This document shows, piece by piece, positions 7,887 through 17,612 of a stretch of DNA of 64,000 bases. The DNA is from Vicinamibacteria bacterium (GTDB taxonomy: Bacteria; Acidobacteriota; Vicinamibacteria; Marinacidobacterales; Marinacidobacteraceae). Made by a program: the position numbers and the translations under genes. Numbering within the stretch: the stretch's first letter is position 1; each line of letters starts with the position of its first letter. Under the pieces are notes generated by a model, which was not told the DNA's origin, did no database searches, and saw only the letters and a program-made list of their open reading frames with translations. The stretch is taken from the NCBI GenBank assembly GCA_964291235.2, contig OZ219816.1, forward strand, positions 448,001 to 512,000, given 5' to 3'.

Positions 7887-10640
7887 ATGACAGATAAAAG
7901 AACGGCGCGCCGGGCTCCGTTCCTGCTGGTCAGCCTGCTGGCCACGGCCCTGCTCGCGGCAACGACCGCTGCGGCCCAACTGCGTCCGCTCACCGAAGAC
8001 CGGGGGGCTGCCGGCCTCGGATTGGCGCTTCGCAAGATCGGGAGCGGCGTCTCCGTGCTGACCATCACGGCGCATCCGGACGACGAGAACAACGCTCTGC
8101 ACGCGCTGCTCAGCCGCGGCCTCGGCGCGAGGGTTTCGCTGTTGACCCTGACCCGGGGCGGCGGCGGCCAGAACGAGATCGGTCCCGAGCTCTTCGATGG
8201 ACTGCGGGTGCTGCGAACGGAGGAACTCCGGACCTCTCACCGGCTTGACGCGGTCGAGCAGTACTTCGGAATGGTGTCCGACTTCGGATACTCGTTCAGC
8301 GTCGAAGAGACGCTCGAGAAGTGGAATCACCAGAAGACGCTCGGCGAGGTAGTCCGCATGATCCGGACCCTGCGGCCGGACGTGATCCTCACCCTGCCGC
8401 CCTCCGGAACCGGCGGGGGCCAGCACCATCAGGCCACGGGACGGATCGCCCACGAAGCTTTCGACGCGGCCGGAGATCCGGACCGCTTTCCGGAACACGC
8501 CGACCTGGGGCTGCTCCCGTGGAGGCCGGTGCGGCTGCTGGTCGGCGGCGTAGGGGGAGGCCCGGCGAGCGGTGACGCACCCACCGTGCGGCTGGAGACG
8601 GCGGTCTGGGATCCGCTGCTCGGCCGCACCTATGCGGACCTCGGCGCCGAGGCGCGGTCGGCGCACCGGTGCCAGGGAATGGGTCAGGTGCGTGGCGGAC
8701 TGACGGGATTTCCCTCGGTGCTGGTGGAAACGCGCGCGGCTGCCGGCGGCGCCTCGCTCGGACCCGAGGGCACGGACGGTCTGTTCGGCGGCATTCCGAC
8801 GGGTCTCGAGCGGCTCGCAGACTTCGTGGAAGGAGATCGGGAAGCGGCCTCCGAGACCCGCGTCCGACTCGCATCTCTCGAAGAAGCGGTCGCCGAAGCC
8901 ACCGCGGCGTTCTCGGCGATCTCGCCCGGCGACTCGCTCCCGGGTTTGCGGAAGGCGCTGAACGCGGCGCGCAGCCTGCGGCGGGACGCCCTGCCGGAAG
9001 GACTGACGGACCGAAGCCGCGTCGAGATCGAACACCGGATGGCGCTCCGGGAAGTCCGGATCCAGGAGGCGATGGCGCTCGCCCACGGGCTCGTGGTGGA
9101 TGCGGTCGCCGACACCGGAACGACGGTGCCGGGAGCAGGGTTCGGGGCGCAGGTTTCCATTCTCGGTGGACCCGCCGAGGCCGCGGTCATTACCGGCATC
9201 GGCATCGAAGCTCCCGAGGGCTGGGAAGTGGGTAGCGCACCCGCCGCCCCGGCGGGCGCCTCCCGTCCCGGGCCGCGCCGGCGTCCCCTTCCCCCGCCGA
9301 TCGATCCCGCGGACCTCCCGCTGGAAGCGAACTCCAGCCGCCCCCTGCGGGCGGAGTTCGAAGTCTCGGTCGCCGCCGACGCCGCTCCGAGCCGCCAACC
9401 CTGGCTCGACGACCCCGACGCCGACCGCTTCGACCCACTGGCCCCGGAGCTGTTCGGGCTTCCCGCCCGGCCACCGCAGGTGAGGGCGCGGGTTGCCTTC
9501 GAGTCGGGGGGGGTCGCCGCCGAGATTCACCGTCCGGTCGGGTACCGCTACGAGGGGCCCTGGGTCGGAACCGAAAAACAGAAGGAGGTCTCGGTGCTGC
9601 CCCTGGCCTCGGTAGCCATCTCGCCGGAGATCGTGGTCTTCCCGCGCGGTCAGAACCCGCGCCGGCTCACGGTTTCGGTGGTGCACCGGGGCGCCGCGGC
9701 CGCCGAATTCGAGGCCGCGCTGGAGGCGCCCGACGGATGGACCGTCGCCCCGGCCAGCACCCCCGTCGCGTTCGCCGGACCCGGTGAGACACGGGTGGAG
9801 TTCGAGGTCAGCGCCCCCGCGGGCGCCACGGACGGCAACTACCGGCTGGGCGCTTTGGTACGGCCCTCCGGAGGCGGTGATCCCTTCACGGAGACCGTCC
9901 AGGAGATCGCGTACCACCACATCGAGACCCGCTACCTCTTCCGGCCGGCGGAAGCCGCGGCGCGGGTGCTGGATGCGACCGTCGCGCCGGTCCGCGTCGG
10001 TTACGTGGAGGGCGTCGGGGACGACGTCGCCGAAGCCATCGCGCAACTCGGAGTACCCCTGACGTTCCTGAACGAGCGGGCGCTGGCCGAAGGCGACCTC
10101 TCGGCGTTCGACACCATCGTGCTCGGGGTGCGCGCCTACCTGGCCCGGCCCGATCTGAGGACCCACAACCAGCGCCTCCTCGACTTCGTAGCCGCCGGCG
10201 GCACGCTCCTCGTCCAGTACAACAAGTTCGAGTTCAACGCCGGCCCATGGGGGCCCTACCCCATTTCGGTCGGCCGGGGCCGGATCACCGCCGAGGACGC
10301 CCCGATGCAGGTGCTGGTTCCCGACCATCCGGTCTTCACCGGACCGAACCCGATCGGCCCCGCTGACTGGGACGGCTGGGTGCAGGAGCGCGGGCTCTAT
10401 TTCCTGGCGCCGGGCGGCGACCCCGCCTATCGGGATCTCCTCGCCTCCGAGGACCCCTTCGAATACAACGCGGGGGAGAAACGGGGAATCCTGGTGGAAG
10501 CGCGCCACGGCGAGGGACGCTGGCTCTATCTCGGTCTCGGACTCTGGCGGCAGCTTCCGGCCGGGACCCCGGGCGCGTACCGAATGCTTGCGAATCTCCT
10601 GAGCCTCGGGTATCAGCCGGACACGACCAACCAGGAGTAG
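7887..10640 (+). CDS. Large secreted PIG-L/LmbE-family de-N-acetylase with Ig-like (NEW3-type) and C-terminal GATase-like domains
   Basis: Signal peptide; AHPDDE, TRG.GGQN.IG, DFGYS and HHQ motifs; C-terminal 'DWDGWVQERGLYF' and 'RQLPAG.PGAYR'. Confidence 0.88.
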   Translation: MTDKRTARRAPFLLVSLLATALLAATTAAAQLRPLTEDRGAAGLGLALRKIGSGVSVLTITAHPDDENNALHALLSRGLGARVSLLTLTRGGGGQNEIGPELFDGLRVLRTEELRTSHRLDAVEQYFGMVSDFGYSFSVEETLEKWNHQKTLGEVVRMIRTLRPDVILTLPPSGTGGGQHHQATGRIAHEAFDAAGDPDRFPEHADLGLLPWRPVRLLVGGVGGGPASGDAPTVRLETAVWDPLLGRTYADLGAEARSAHRCQGMGQVRGGLTGFPSVLVETRAAAGGASLGPEGTDGLFGGIPTGLERLADFVEGDREAASETRVRLASLEEAVAEATAAFSAISPGDSLPGLRKALNAARSLRRDALPEGLTDRSRVEIEHRMALREVRIQEAMALAHGLVVDAVADTGTTVPGAGFGAQVSILGGPAEAAVITGIGIEAPEGWEVGSAPAAPAGASRPGPRRRPLPPPIDPADLPLEANSSRPLRAEFEVSVAADAAPSRQPWLDDPDADRFDPLAPELFGLPARPPQVRARVAFESGGVAAEIHRPVGYRYEGPWVGTEKQKEVSVLPLASVAISPEIVVFPRGQNPRRLTVSVVHRGAAAAEFEAALEAPDGWTVAPASTPVAFAGPGETRVEFEVSAPAGATDGNYRLGALVRPSGGGDPFTETVQEIAYHHIETRYLFRPAEAAARVLDATVAPVRVGYVEGVGDDVAEAIAQLGVPLTFLNERALAEGDLSAFDTIVLGVRAYLARPDLRTHNQRLLDFVAAGGTLLVQYNKFEFNAGPWGPYPISVGRGRITAEDAPMQVLVPDHPVFTGPNPIGPADWDGWVQERGLYFLAPGGDPAYRDLLASEDPFEYNAGEKRGILVEARHGEGRWLYLGLGLWRQLPAGTPGAYRMLANLLSLGYQPDTTNQE

Positions 10641-10772
10641 CGGCCGGCCGGGAGTTTCCGGCAAACCCTACGGATCCTTCGGGAACCCGCGGGCGGGCGG
10701 GATGGCATACGCTCTCGCGCCCCTGCCCGGCGACGGCGGGCGGCCCGGTATCGAACTCCGACGAGACAACGG

Positions 10773-12218
10773 ATGAAACGCGAGCGGATCGGCCTGATCC
10801 TGGGGCTGGCCCTGCTGGTCGGGATCAGCGTCTTCCCGATTCCCGGTATCCCGGACGAAGCGCGCCGCATGCTGGCGGTGGCCGCGATCATGGCCACCTG
10901 GTGGGTGACCGAGGCGGCGCCGCTGGCGGTGACCTCGCTCCTCCCGCTGGTGCTGCTCCCGGCGTTCGGGATCACGAACGCGGCCGGGGCGGCCGCCCCC
11001 TACGCGAACCACCTCGTGTACCTGTTCCTCGGCGGGTTCATGATCGCCCAGGCGATGCAGCGCTGGAACCTGCATCGCCGGATAGCGCTTCGCACCGTGA
11101 TGGCGATGGGCAGCTCGCCGCCCCGGCTGGTACTCGGCTTCATGGTGGCGTCGGCTTTCCTCTCCATGTGGGTCTCCAATACGGCTACCACCGCGATGAT
11201 GATGCCGATCGGCGTCGCGGTCATCGCGGAAATCTCGAGCGCCGTCCACGGGCCGCGCCGGCCCGCTCCCGGAGATTTCCCCTTCGCGGTCTGCCTGATG
11301 CTCGGTTGCGCCTACGGGGCCTCCATCGGCGGATTCGCCACCCTCATCGGAACGCCGCCGAACGTGTTCCTGGCCGGGTTCCTCAGCGAGCAACTGGGCA
11401 TACAGATCAGCTTCGTCCGCTGGCTCGCCTTCGCCCTGCCGCTCACGGTGCTGTTCCTGCCGCTGACCTGGCTATGGCTCACCAAGGTCGCCTTTCCGAT
11501 CCGGATCCGGGACATTCCCGGAGGCCGGGAGCCGGTGCGCGCCGCCTACGCGGCCCTCGGGCCCTTCTCGACCCCGGAGAAGCGACTCTCCGTCCTCTTC
11601 GGCGGCACCGCCCTCCTCTGGATGTTTCGTCCGGTCTGGACCCAGGCGATCCCGACCGGCGGGTTTATCACCGACTCGACCATCGCAATGGCCGCGACCG
11701 TGCTCTGCTTCCTCGTCCCTGCCGGAAACGGCGGCGGGGAGCGCATCCTCAACTGGAAATGGGGCGTGCGCATCCCGTGGGACGTCCTCATCCTGATCGG
11801 CGGCGGTTTCTCGCTCGCGAGCGGTCTCGAAGTGAGCGGGCTTTCGCAGTTCCTCGGCGACCGCCTCGCCGGTTTTTCCGCGCTGCCGCTTCCGCTCTTC
11901 GTGATCCTGGTGGTAGTCGCCATCATTCTCCTGACCGAGCTGGCCTCGAACCTGGCGTCCACCGCGATGATGATTCCGATCCTCGCCGCGGTCGCCACGA
12001 GCGCCGGGATCCCGCCGCTGATGTTGCTGCTTCCGGTCACGGTCGCCGCCTCCTGCGCCTTCATGCTCCCGGCGGCCACCCCGCCGAATGCCATCGTGTT
12101 CGGGACCGGCCATTTCACGATTCCACAGATGGTGCGCGCCGGCATCGGCGTGAACGTGATCGGCGCCATCCTCACCTGCCTTTTCGCCGTCTTCTGGGTG
12201 CCGGTGGTGTTCGGATGA
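10773..12218 (+). CDS. DASS/SLC13-family Na+:dicarboxylate or sulfate symporter
   Basis: SMWVSNTATT, TLIGTPPN, TELASN and FMLPAATPPNAIVF motifs. Confidence 0.95.
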   Translation: MKRERIGLILGLALLVGISVFPIPGIPDEARRMLAVAAIMATWWVTEAAPLAVTSLLPLVLLPAFGITNAAGAAAPYANHLVYLFLGGFMIAQAMQRWNLHRRIALRTVMAMGSSPPRLVLGFMVASAFLSMWVSNTATTAMMMPIGVAVIAEISSAVHGPRRPAPGDFPFAVCLMLGCAYGASIGGFATLIGTPPNVFLAGFLSEQLGIQISFVRWLAFALPLTVLFLPLTWLWLTKVAFPIRIRDIPGGREPVRAAYAALGPFSTPEKRLSVLFGGTALLWMFRPVWTQAIPTGGFITDSTIAMAATVLCFLVPAGNGGGERILNWKWGVRIPWDVLILIGGGFSLASGLEVSGLSQFLGDRLAGFSALPLPLFVILVVVAIILLTELASNLASTAMMIPILAAVATSAGIPPLMLLLPVTVAASCAFMLPAATPPNAIVFGTGHFTIPQMVRAGIGVNVIGAILTCLFAVFWVPVVFG

Positions 12219-12422
12219 GCGGGGCGGAGGGCCATCGAACGTTCAGCGTTCGCTCCATCCGGGATCAGCAGAGCGTGCGACACTCACGTTCGCACAAACG
12301 CAGCACCATCGGCCCGCGTTTCGCGCTCCCGCGCGTGCCGACCTGGAGGTCGGCGTTCCAGTGCGGTCCTCACCTGCCTGTTTGCGGTCTTCTGGGTGCC
12401 GGTGGTGTTCGGGTAAGCGGGG
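12169..12422 (+). repeat. 56-bp direct repeat of the DASS gene 3' end (12169-12224 and 12367-12422)
   Basis: Both copies encode LTCLFAVFWVPVVFG*; five differences, all silent; offset 198 bp. Confidence 0.9.
12335..12360. repeat. Single REP copy
   Basis: GTGCCGACCTGGAGGTCGGCGTTCCA, same family as the 3822-3989 and 756-941 arms. Confidence 0.75.
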
Positions 12423-12441
12423 TCACTAGCATTCCGGTGCC

Positions 12442-13125
12442 ATGACCATCGCCCCCGAAGACCGTTTCACCTCCAGGCTCTGGGCCGGAATCGACGCGAC
12501 CTACGCGGAGATCCTCCGCCATCCCTTCCTCGACGGGCTCGCGGACGGAAGTCTCGACCGTCAGGTCTTCCGCTTCTACGTGATCGAGGACGCGCTCTAC
12601 CTCCACGAATTCGCCCGGGCGGTGGCCATCCTCGGCGGCAAGGCGCCGCATCCCGACATCACGGCGGCCCTGTGCGGCGACGCGGTGGCCACCGTCGAGG
12701 CCGAACGGGAGCAACTGGGGCAGTTCCTGACCGAGTTGGGAGGCTCCCGTGACGAACTCTTCGCCCGGCAGCCGGCACCCACGAACCGCGCCTATACCAG
12801 CTACTTCCTTTCCCAGGTCCATTCGCAGTCCTTCCACGAGGGGCTCGCCGCCGTCCTCCCGTGCTACTGGATCTACGCGGAAGTCGGGAAGGAGCTCCTC
12901 AAGCGTCCTTCCTCACCGGACCCGCTCTACCGCCGCTGGATCGAAAGCTACGGAAGCGAGGAGTACGACGCCGTGGTGCAGCGGGTCGTGCAGCTCACCG
13001 ACGACGTTGCCGAGGGGCTCGGGGACAGTGCCCGGCGGGCCATGGCGCGCCACTTCGCCATGAGTTCCCGCTATGAGTGGATGTTCTGGGACATGGCCTG
13101 GCGGCAGGAGGCCTGGCCTTTGTAG
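12442..13125 (+). CDS. tenA: Thiaminase II / aminopyrimidine aminohydrolase
   Basis: HPFL..L.DGSL, catalytic 'VLPCYWIY', Y..WI..Y and 'YEWMFWDMAW' motifs. Confidence 0.92.
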   Translation: MTIAPEDRFTSRLWAGIDATYAEILRHPFLDGLADGSLDRQVFRFYVIEDALYLHEFARAVAILGGKAPHPDITAALCGDAVATVEAEREQLGQFLTELGGSRDELFARQPAPTNRAYTSYFLSQVHSQSFHEGLAAVLPCYWIYAEVGKELLKRPSSPDPLYRRWIESYGSEEYDAVVQRVVQLTDDVAEGLGDSARRAMARHFAMSSRYEWMFWDMAWRQEAWPL

Positions 13126-13335
13126 CTTCCCGCGGAGGAAGCGCCCCCGGGAGTCAGCGAACGGCACCTCTGTGGCCGTTGGGTTACGAGGCGCTTCCTC
13201 CACGGGAAGGTGGCCGTGAATCGCTGCGCGATTCCGTCCACCCTCTTCTGCGGGGAGGGGAAACCCCTCCCCGCACCCCTCCCCCGCGCGGCGCTGCGCG
13301 CCGCGCGTTCAGCCCGGCGCAAGGTCTCCACAGCG
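13126..13335. repeat. Single diverged unit of the palindromic element family also found at rpsK
   Basis: Starts right after the tenA TAG; IR CTTCCCGCGGAGGAAGCGCC / GGCGCTTCCTCCACGGGAAG, then GCGGGGAGGGG-AAA-CCCCTCCCCGC and CGCGGCGC-TGC-GCGCCGCG hairpins; right end approximate. Confidence 0.75.
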
Positions 13336-13486
13336 AACTGCCCAACCGTGCCGAGAGCGACGCGGGAAGGGTCCACTCGTGCCTGGAAAGATGTCGCGGA
13401 GACACGGGAACGCCGGCCAGTTCTCTCGGTGGCGAGCACGGCGGTTGTGCTGCCGGCAGCCACGTGCCGACGTTCAGCGACCTCGC

Positions 13487-14848
13487 TCAGCGGATCCAGA
13501 CGGTCTTCCGGTTCGTGAACTCGATGAGCCCGTCCGGGCCGAGTTCGCGGCCGAAACCACTGTCCTTCGTGCCCCCGAAGGGGACGCGGGGATCCGATTT
13601 CGTGATGCCGTTCACGAATACGGCCCCCGACTCGATCTGCGGCACCAGCCGCTCCGCACGCCGGGGGTCCGAGGTCCACAGGGAGGAGCCCAGCCCGTAG
13701 TTCGTGCGGTTGGCGATCTCCACCGCCTCGGCCTCGTCGCCGAAGGGAATCACCGTTGCGACCGGGCCGAAGAGTTCCTCCTCGGCAGCCGGGGCTCCCG
13801 CGGGCGGCCCCGCCAGGATGCCCGTCGCCGAAAAGAACCCGCGGCCCGGCGCATCACCCCGGTAGAGGAGTTCGGCCCCGGCGCCGAGCGACTGCGCCAC
13901 CTGCTCTTCAAGGCGATCGCGGAGATCCTGCCGGGCCAGGGGCCCCACCGCGGTTTCGGGCGCAAGCGGATCTCCTACCGCCGCTTCGCGAAATCGGGTC
14001 TCGAAGACCGAAAGGAACGCATCGAGCGCGGGGCGCTGGACGAGGAAACGCTTGGCGGCGATGCAACTCTGGCCCGAGTTGATGAGCCGCGCCCCGGCCC
14101 CCGCCGTGGCCGCCTCCTCCACGTCGGAGTCCTCGAACACGATGAAGGGGTCGCTGCCCCCGAGCTCCGCGACCATCGGCTTCAGGTGACGCCCCGCGAC
14201 CGCGGCGACCTCGCTTCCGGCGCGGGAACTTCCGGTCAACGTGACTCCGCGCACCCGCCGGTCGGCGATGCAGGCGGCCGCCTGCTCATTCGTCAGAAAG
14301 AGATTCTGGAGGAGCCCTTCCGGAGCCCCCGCTTCCCGGTAGAGCTCGACAATCCGGAGCGCGCACTGCGGGACCGACGGCGCGTGCTTGAGCACCATCG
14401 GGTTTCCGGTAACGAAGTTGGGCGCCGAAACCCGGATGACCTGCCAGAGCGGGAAGTTCCACGGCATGACGGCCAGGATCGGACCGATGGGGTCGAAGCG
14501 CACGAAGGCGTCGCTGCCGTCGGATGGGTAGTGGCGCGGGCGCAGCGACTCCTCCGCGGTCTCCGCGTAGTGCCTGGCGACCCAGGCGCATTTGTGCGCC
14601 TCCGCGACTCCCTGGGCGAGCGGCTTTCCCATCTCAAGCGCCATGAGCGCCGCCAGGTCATCCGCCTGCGCCTCCAGCAGGCCGGCGAGACGCTCGTTCA
14701 CCGCGCATCGTTCGGTAAAGGGAGACCGGCGCCAGGAACCGAAGGCAGCGTCGGCGCAGCAGAGGGCAGCCTCGACCTCGCCGTCGGAAGCCGTCGGGAA
14801 TTCGGCCACCAACTCCTCGGTGGCCGGATTCAGGGACCTGTAGAGCAT
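13487..14848 (-). CDS. NAD(P)-dependent succinate-semialdehyde dehydrogenase-like aldehyde dehydrogenase
   Basis: PWNFP, TLTGS, ELGGSDP, NSGQSCIAAKR, EELFGP and PFGG.K.SG.GRELG motifs. Confidence 0.92.
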   Translation of the reverse strand: MLYRSLNPATEELVAEFPTASDGEVEAALCCADAAFGSWRRSPFTERCAVNERLAGLLEAQADDLAALMALEMGKPLAQGVAEAHKCAWVARHYAETAEESLRPRHYPSDGSDAFVRFDPIGPILAVMPWNFPLWQVIRVSAPNFVTGNPMVLKHAPSVPQCALRIVELYREAGAPEGLLQNLFLTNEQAAACIADRRVRGVTLTGSSRAGSEVAAVAGRHLKPMVAELGGSDPFIVFEDSDVEEAATAGAGARLINSGQSCIAAKRFLVQRPALDAFLSVFETRFREAAVGDPLAPETAVGPLARQDLRDRLEEQVAQSLGAGAELLYRGDAPGRGFFSATGILAGPPAGAPAAEEELFGPVATVIPFGDEAEAVEIANRTNYGLGSSLWTSDPRRAERLVPQIESGAVFVNGITKSDPRVPFGGTKDSGFGRELGPDGLIEFTNRKTVWIR

Positions 14849-16051
14849 TCAGCGGCTCCCGCCGGGCGGGTGGAGGCGGTTGTACTTGCGGCCGACCTCC
14901 AGAAGGTCATCGATCGAGATCGCCTCCCGCGTATTGCCGTTCCTCCCGGTGACCGTCGTCGCCTGGAGCATCGAGTTGTAAACGGCCTCCTCGGTCGCCT
15001 CGATCGCGGCCTGGAAAAGCGGCGAAAGCCGGTCTCCCCGCAAGACGGCGCCGCTCTCCGTAGGCGAGTCGTTGCGGAACCCGCTGCGGAGCGATTCCGC
15101 CGACGAGAAAGCAATCACGAAGTCGCCGCTCCCGTGCGACGAGGTAGCTCCGGTGCGGGCCAGGCCGAGCATCACTCGGCGCGCCAGCCGGGTCAGGCCG
15201 AGCGAGCGAACGGGGGCGTCGGTGCCGACCACCATCATGATCGAGCCGTCGGGATTGTCCTGGGAATCGGGTCCGCCGGCATCTCCGGCACCGCCCAACT
15301 GGTCCCGCAGGTAGTACCGGTCCAGTTCCTCGCCGACCGGGAGGCCGTCCATGGTGAGCACACCGCCGTAGTTGCTCTGTACCAGCACCCCGACGGTGTA
15401 CCCACCCAGGCTCCCGGGCAGACGCCGGGACGAGGTGCCGATTCCTCCCTTCCAGCCGAACGCCGAGGTTCCGGTCCCGGCGCCCACGGCTCCCTCCGCC
15501 ACCGGTCCGGGAGAGGCGCTCCGGATGGCTTCCAGCACGTGGCTTTCCTCGACGTGACGTCCGCGGATGTCGTTCAGATACCCGTCGTTCGTCTCCCCCA
15601 CGAGCGGGTTCACGGAGCGCACGTCTTCGTTTCCGGGAAGGCCGAGGACGTAGGTGACGACGGCGCGCGCGGCGTCCCATACCGAGAGCGTGTTGGTCAG
15701 CACGATGGGGGTTTCGATGGTCCCGAGTTCCACCACCTGGGTGGAACCGGCCAGCTTCCCGAACGCATTGCCGATGTGGACCGCGCCCGGCACCTTCTCC
15801 TGGAAGAGGTTGCCGCCGTGCGGGAGGATGGCGGTGACCCCGGTGCGGATGTGATCTCCCTCGACGAGGGTCACCTGTCCCACCAGGACTCCGGGGATGT
15901 CGGTGATCGCATTGTCCGGGCCGGGGTCCAGGACGCCGGGCGTGAGACCGATGTCCCGGGCGCGGGGCCGGGAATCTCCCTGTCCGAAGGCGAGCGGGGC
16001 GGCGAGCAGGCCGGCGACGAGCGCCGCCAGGGTGCGGTGGACGTGATGCAT
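14849..16051 (-). CDS. P1/S58-family L-aminopeptidase/D-esterase (DmpA-like), secreted
   Basis: Signal peptide from ATG 16051; NAITD.PGV.VG, GETNDGYLND, EG.VGAGTG and autoprocessing DG/SI motifs. Confidence 0.92.
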   Translation of the reverse strand: MHHVHRTLAALVAGLLAAPLAFGQGDSRPRARDIGLTPGVLDPGPDNAITDIPGVLVGQVTLVEGDHIRTGVTAILPHGGNLFQEKVPGAVHIGNAFGKLAGSTQVVELGTIETPIVLTNTLSVWDAARAVVTYVLGLPGNEDVRSVNPLVGETNDGYLNDIRGRHVEESHVLEAIRSASPGPVAEGAVGAGTGTSAFGWKGGIGTSSRRLPGSLGGYTVGVLVQSNYGGVLTMDGLPVGEELDRYYLRDQLGGAGDAGGPDSQDNPDGSIMMVVGTDAPVRSLGLTRLARRVMLGLARTGATSSHGSGDFVIAFSSAESLRSGFRNDSPTESGAVLRGDRLSPLFQAAIEATEEAVYNSMLQATTVTGRNGNTREAISIDDLLEVGRKYNRLHPPGGSR

Positions 16052-16161
16052 CAGAACCTCCCGGAACGGTCGTGTCTGGAAGCCCGGGAGAATACGGGAA
16101 GCGTCCGGCGGGCCGGCCGAAGGGAACATTTGTCGCGCGCGGTTCGTAGCCCTCATCCGTC

Positions 16162-16974
16162 ATGGTTCACGGGAATCCACGCGGTGCCCGCCTCGGCGGG
16201 CGCGACGCGGCAATAGCGCTGGTTCTGGGGGTGTCGGCGTTGGCCGGCGCCGCGAATTGCAGCGTCCCGTTTCAGCCGGAACCGAACGTCGAGGAAACCG
16301 AGACGTTCATGGAACCCTTTGCGGCGGGCGAGCTTCTCGATCTTAGAAACGTCCATGGCCGGGTGGCGGTCACCTCGTGGGACCGCGAGGAAGCAGAGAT
16401 CGTGGCGCGCAAGGTGGGGCCGAGCAGCGCCGCGCTCGAGGACATCCGGGTCGAGGTGAATCGTTCCTCGCGGGGAGTCCAGGTTCGCACCCGCTACCCG
16501 AAGAAGACACGAATGTGGGGGCAGCGATACGGCAGCGTGCACTACTCCATCCGGCTGCCGGAGAACGCCGATCTCAAGATCGCCAACGTCCACGGACCCG
16601 TCGAAGTCGCCGAGATTTCCGGCGAAGTCGAGGCGCAGACGGTCAACGGCTCCCTCCGCCTGACCGGACACCGGGGAAACGTGAATGCCAAGACGGTCAA
16701 CGGAGGCATCGAGTGTGAATTCGACAGCTTCGGGGAGGGAGACCGGCACTCGCTCCGCACCGTCAACGGCAGGGTGCAGTTGACCCTGGGGCCCGAGGCC
16801 AGGGGTCAGGTGGACGCCAGCGCCATCAACGGCCGGGTCATCATGGAACTGGCCGACCTCGAACATCTCGACACCCCGACGCGGCGCCGCAAGCGAGTGC
16901 GGGTCGGCGAAGGGGGCGGCGAGTGCCGGGTGCGCACCATCAACGGAACGATTCACGTCAGCGACGGATCCTGA
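16162..16974 (+). CDS. DUF4097-like beta-strand-repeat (adhesin-like) exported protein
   Basis: Hydrophobic signal with Cys; repeated TVNG/NVHG/INGR motifs. Confidence 0.75.
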   Translation: MVHGNPRGARLGGRDAAIALVLGVSALAGAANCSVPFQPEPNVEETETFMEPFAAGELLDLRNVHGRVAVTSWDREEAEIVARKVGPSSAALEDIRVEVNRSSRGVQVRTRYPKKTRMWGQRYGSVHYSIRLPENADLKIANVHGPVEVAEISGEVEAQTVNGSLRLTGHRGNVNAKTVNGGIECEFDSFGEGDRHSLRTVNGRVQLTLGPEARGQVDASAINGRVIMELADLEHLDTPTRRRKRVRVGEGGGECRVRTINGTIHVSDGS

Positions 16975-17042
16975 CCCGGGAGCGGCCGGAGTTCGCGCCG
17001 CGGGCTTTTCGGACAGAATCCCCCGCGCCGAAGGGGGATCCG

Positions 17043-17531
17043 ATGGTTCGCCAGTTGACATATCTCTATAGCTTCAATCTGCGCGTGGCGCGGGCGATGG
17101 TGGACGACCTGACCCCGGAACAGATGGCCGCGCAGCCGCACGGCGTGGTGAACCACCCGGCCTGGTCTCTCGGCCACCTGGTGATGACCGCCGACGGGCT
17201 TGCCGGGCTGCTCGGGCTGGAGTCGGAGGTGGCGGACGGCTGGGCGTCGATCTTCGCCACGGGCGGGACCCCGTCGGATGACCCGTCCCGCTACCCCTCG
17301 AAAGAGGAGCTCCTCGAAGCGCTGGCGGCGCAGCACGCCCGCAACGCCACCGCCATCGAACGGGCGAGCCCGGCCTGGTTCGACACCCCGCACCCGAACG
17401 AGAGACGCCGCCAGCGCTTTCCCACGCTGGGCGATGTGGCGGTCTTCCTGATGACCTCCCACGAGATGCTCCATCTCGGTCAGGTAGCGGCCTGGCGTCG
17501 CGCCATGGGGCTGGGGCCGGCCCGCCGGTAA
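17043..17531 (+). CDS. DinB-superfamily protein
   Basis: NH.AW.LGHL and C-terminal HE..H.GQ..AWRR motifs; GGGGG RBS before ATG 17043. Confidence 0.88.
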   Translation: MVRQLTYLYSFNLRVARAMVDDLTPEQMAAQPHGVVNHPAWSLGHLVMTADGLAGLLGLESEVADGWASIFATGGTPSDDPSRYPSKEELLEALAAQHARNATAIERASPAWFDTPHPNERRRQRFPTLGDVAVFLMTSHEMLHLGQVAAWRRAMGLGPARR

Positions 17532-17612
17532 CCGGGGCGGGCCGCGGAGAACACGCCGCCGCGGAGGATCGGGCTGTCCCGTATCCGGGCCACCAGGTAT
17601 AAACCCCGCACC

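Noticed and set aside
12169-12422. Repeat pair as a DGR variable/template region
   Set aside because: The differences are silent and not confined to adenine positions; no reverse transcriptase or Avd gene is present
12225-12441. TPP riboswitch upstream of tenA
   Set aside because: No CTGAGA core or recognisable TPP aptamer; the region is occupied by a REP and the duplicated gene end
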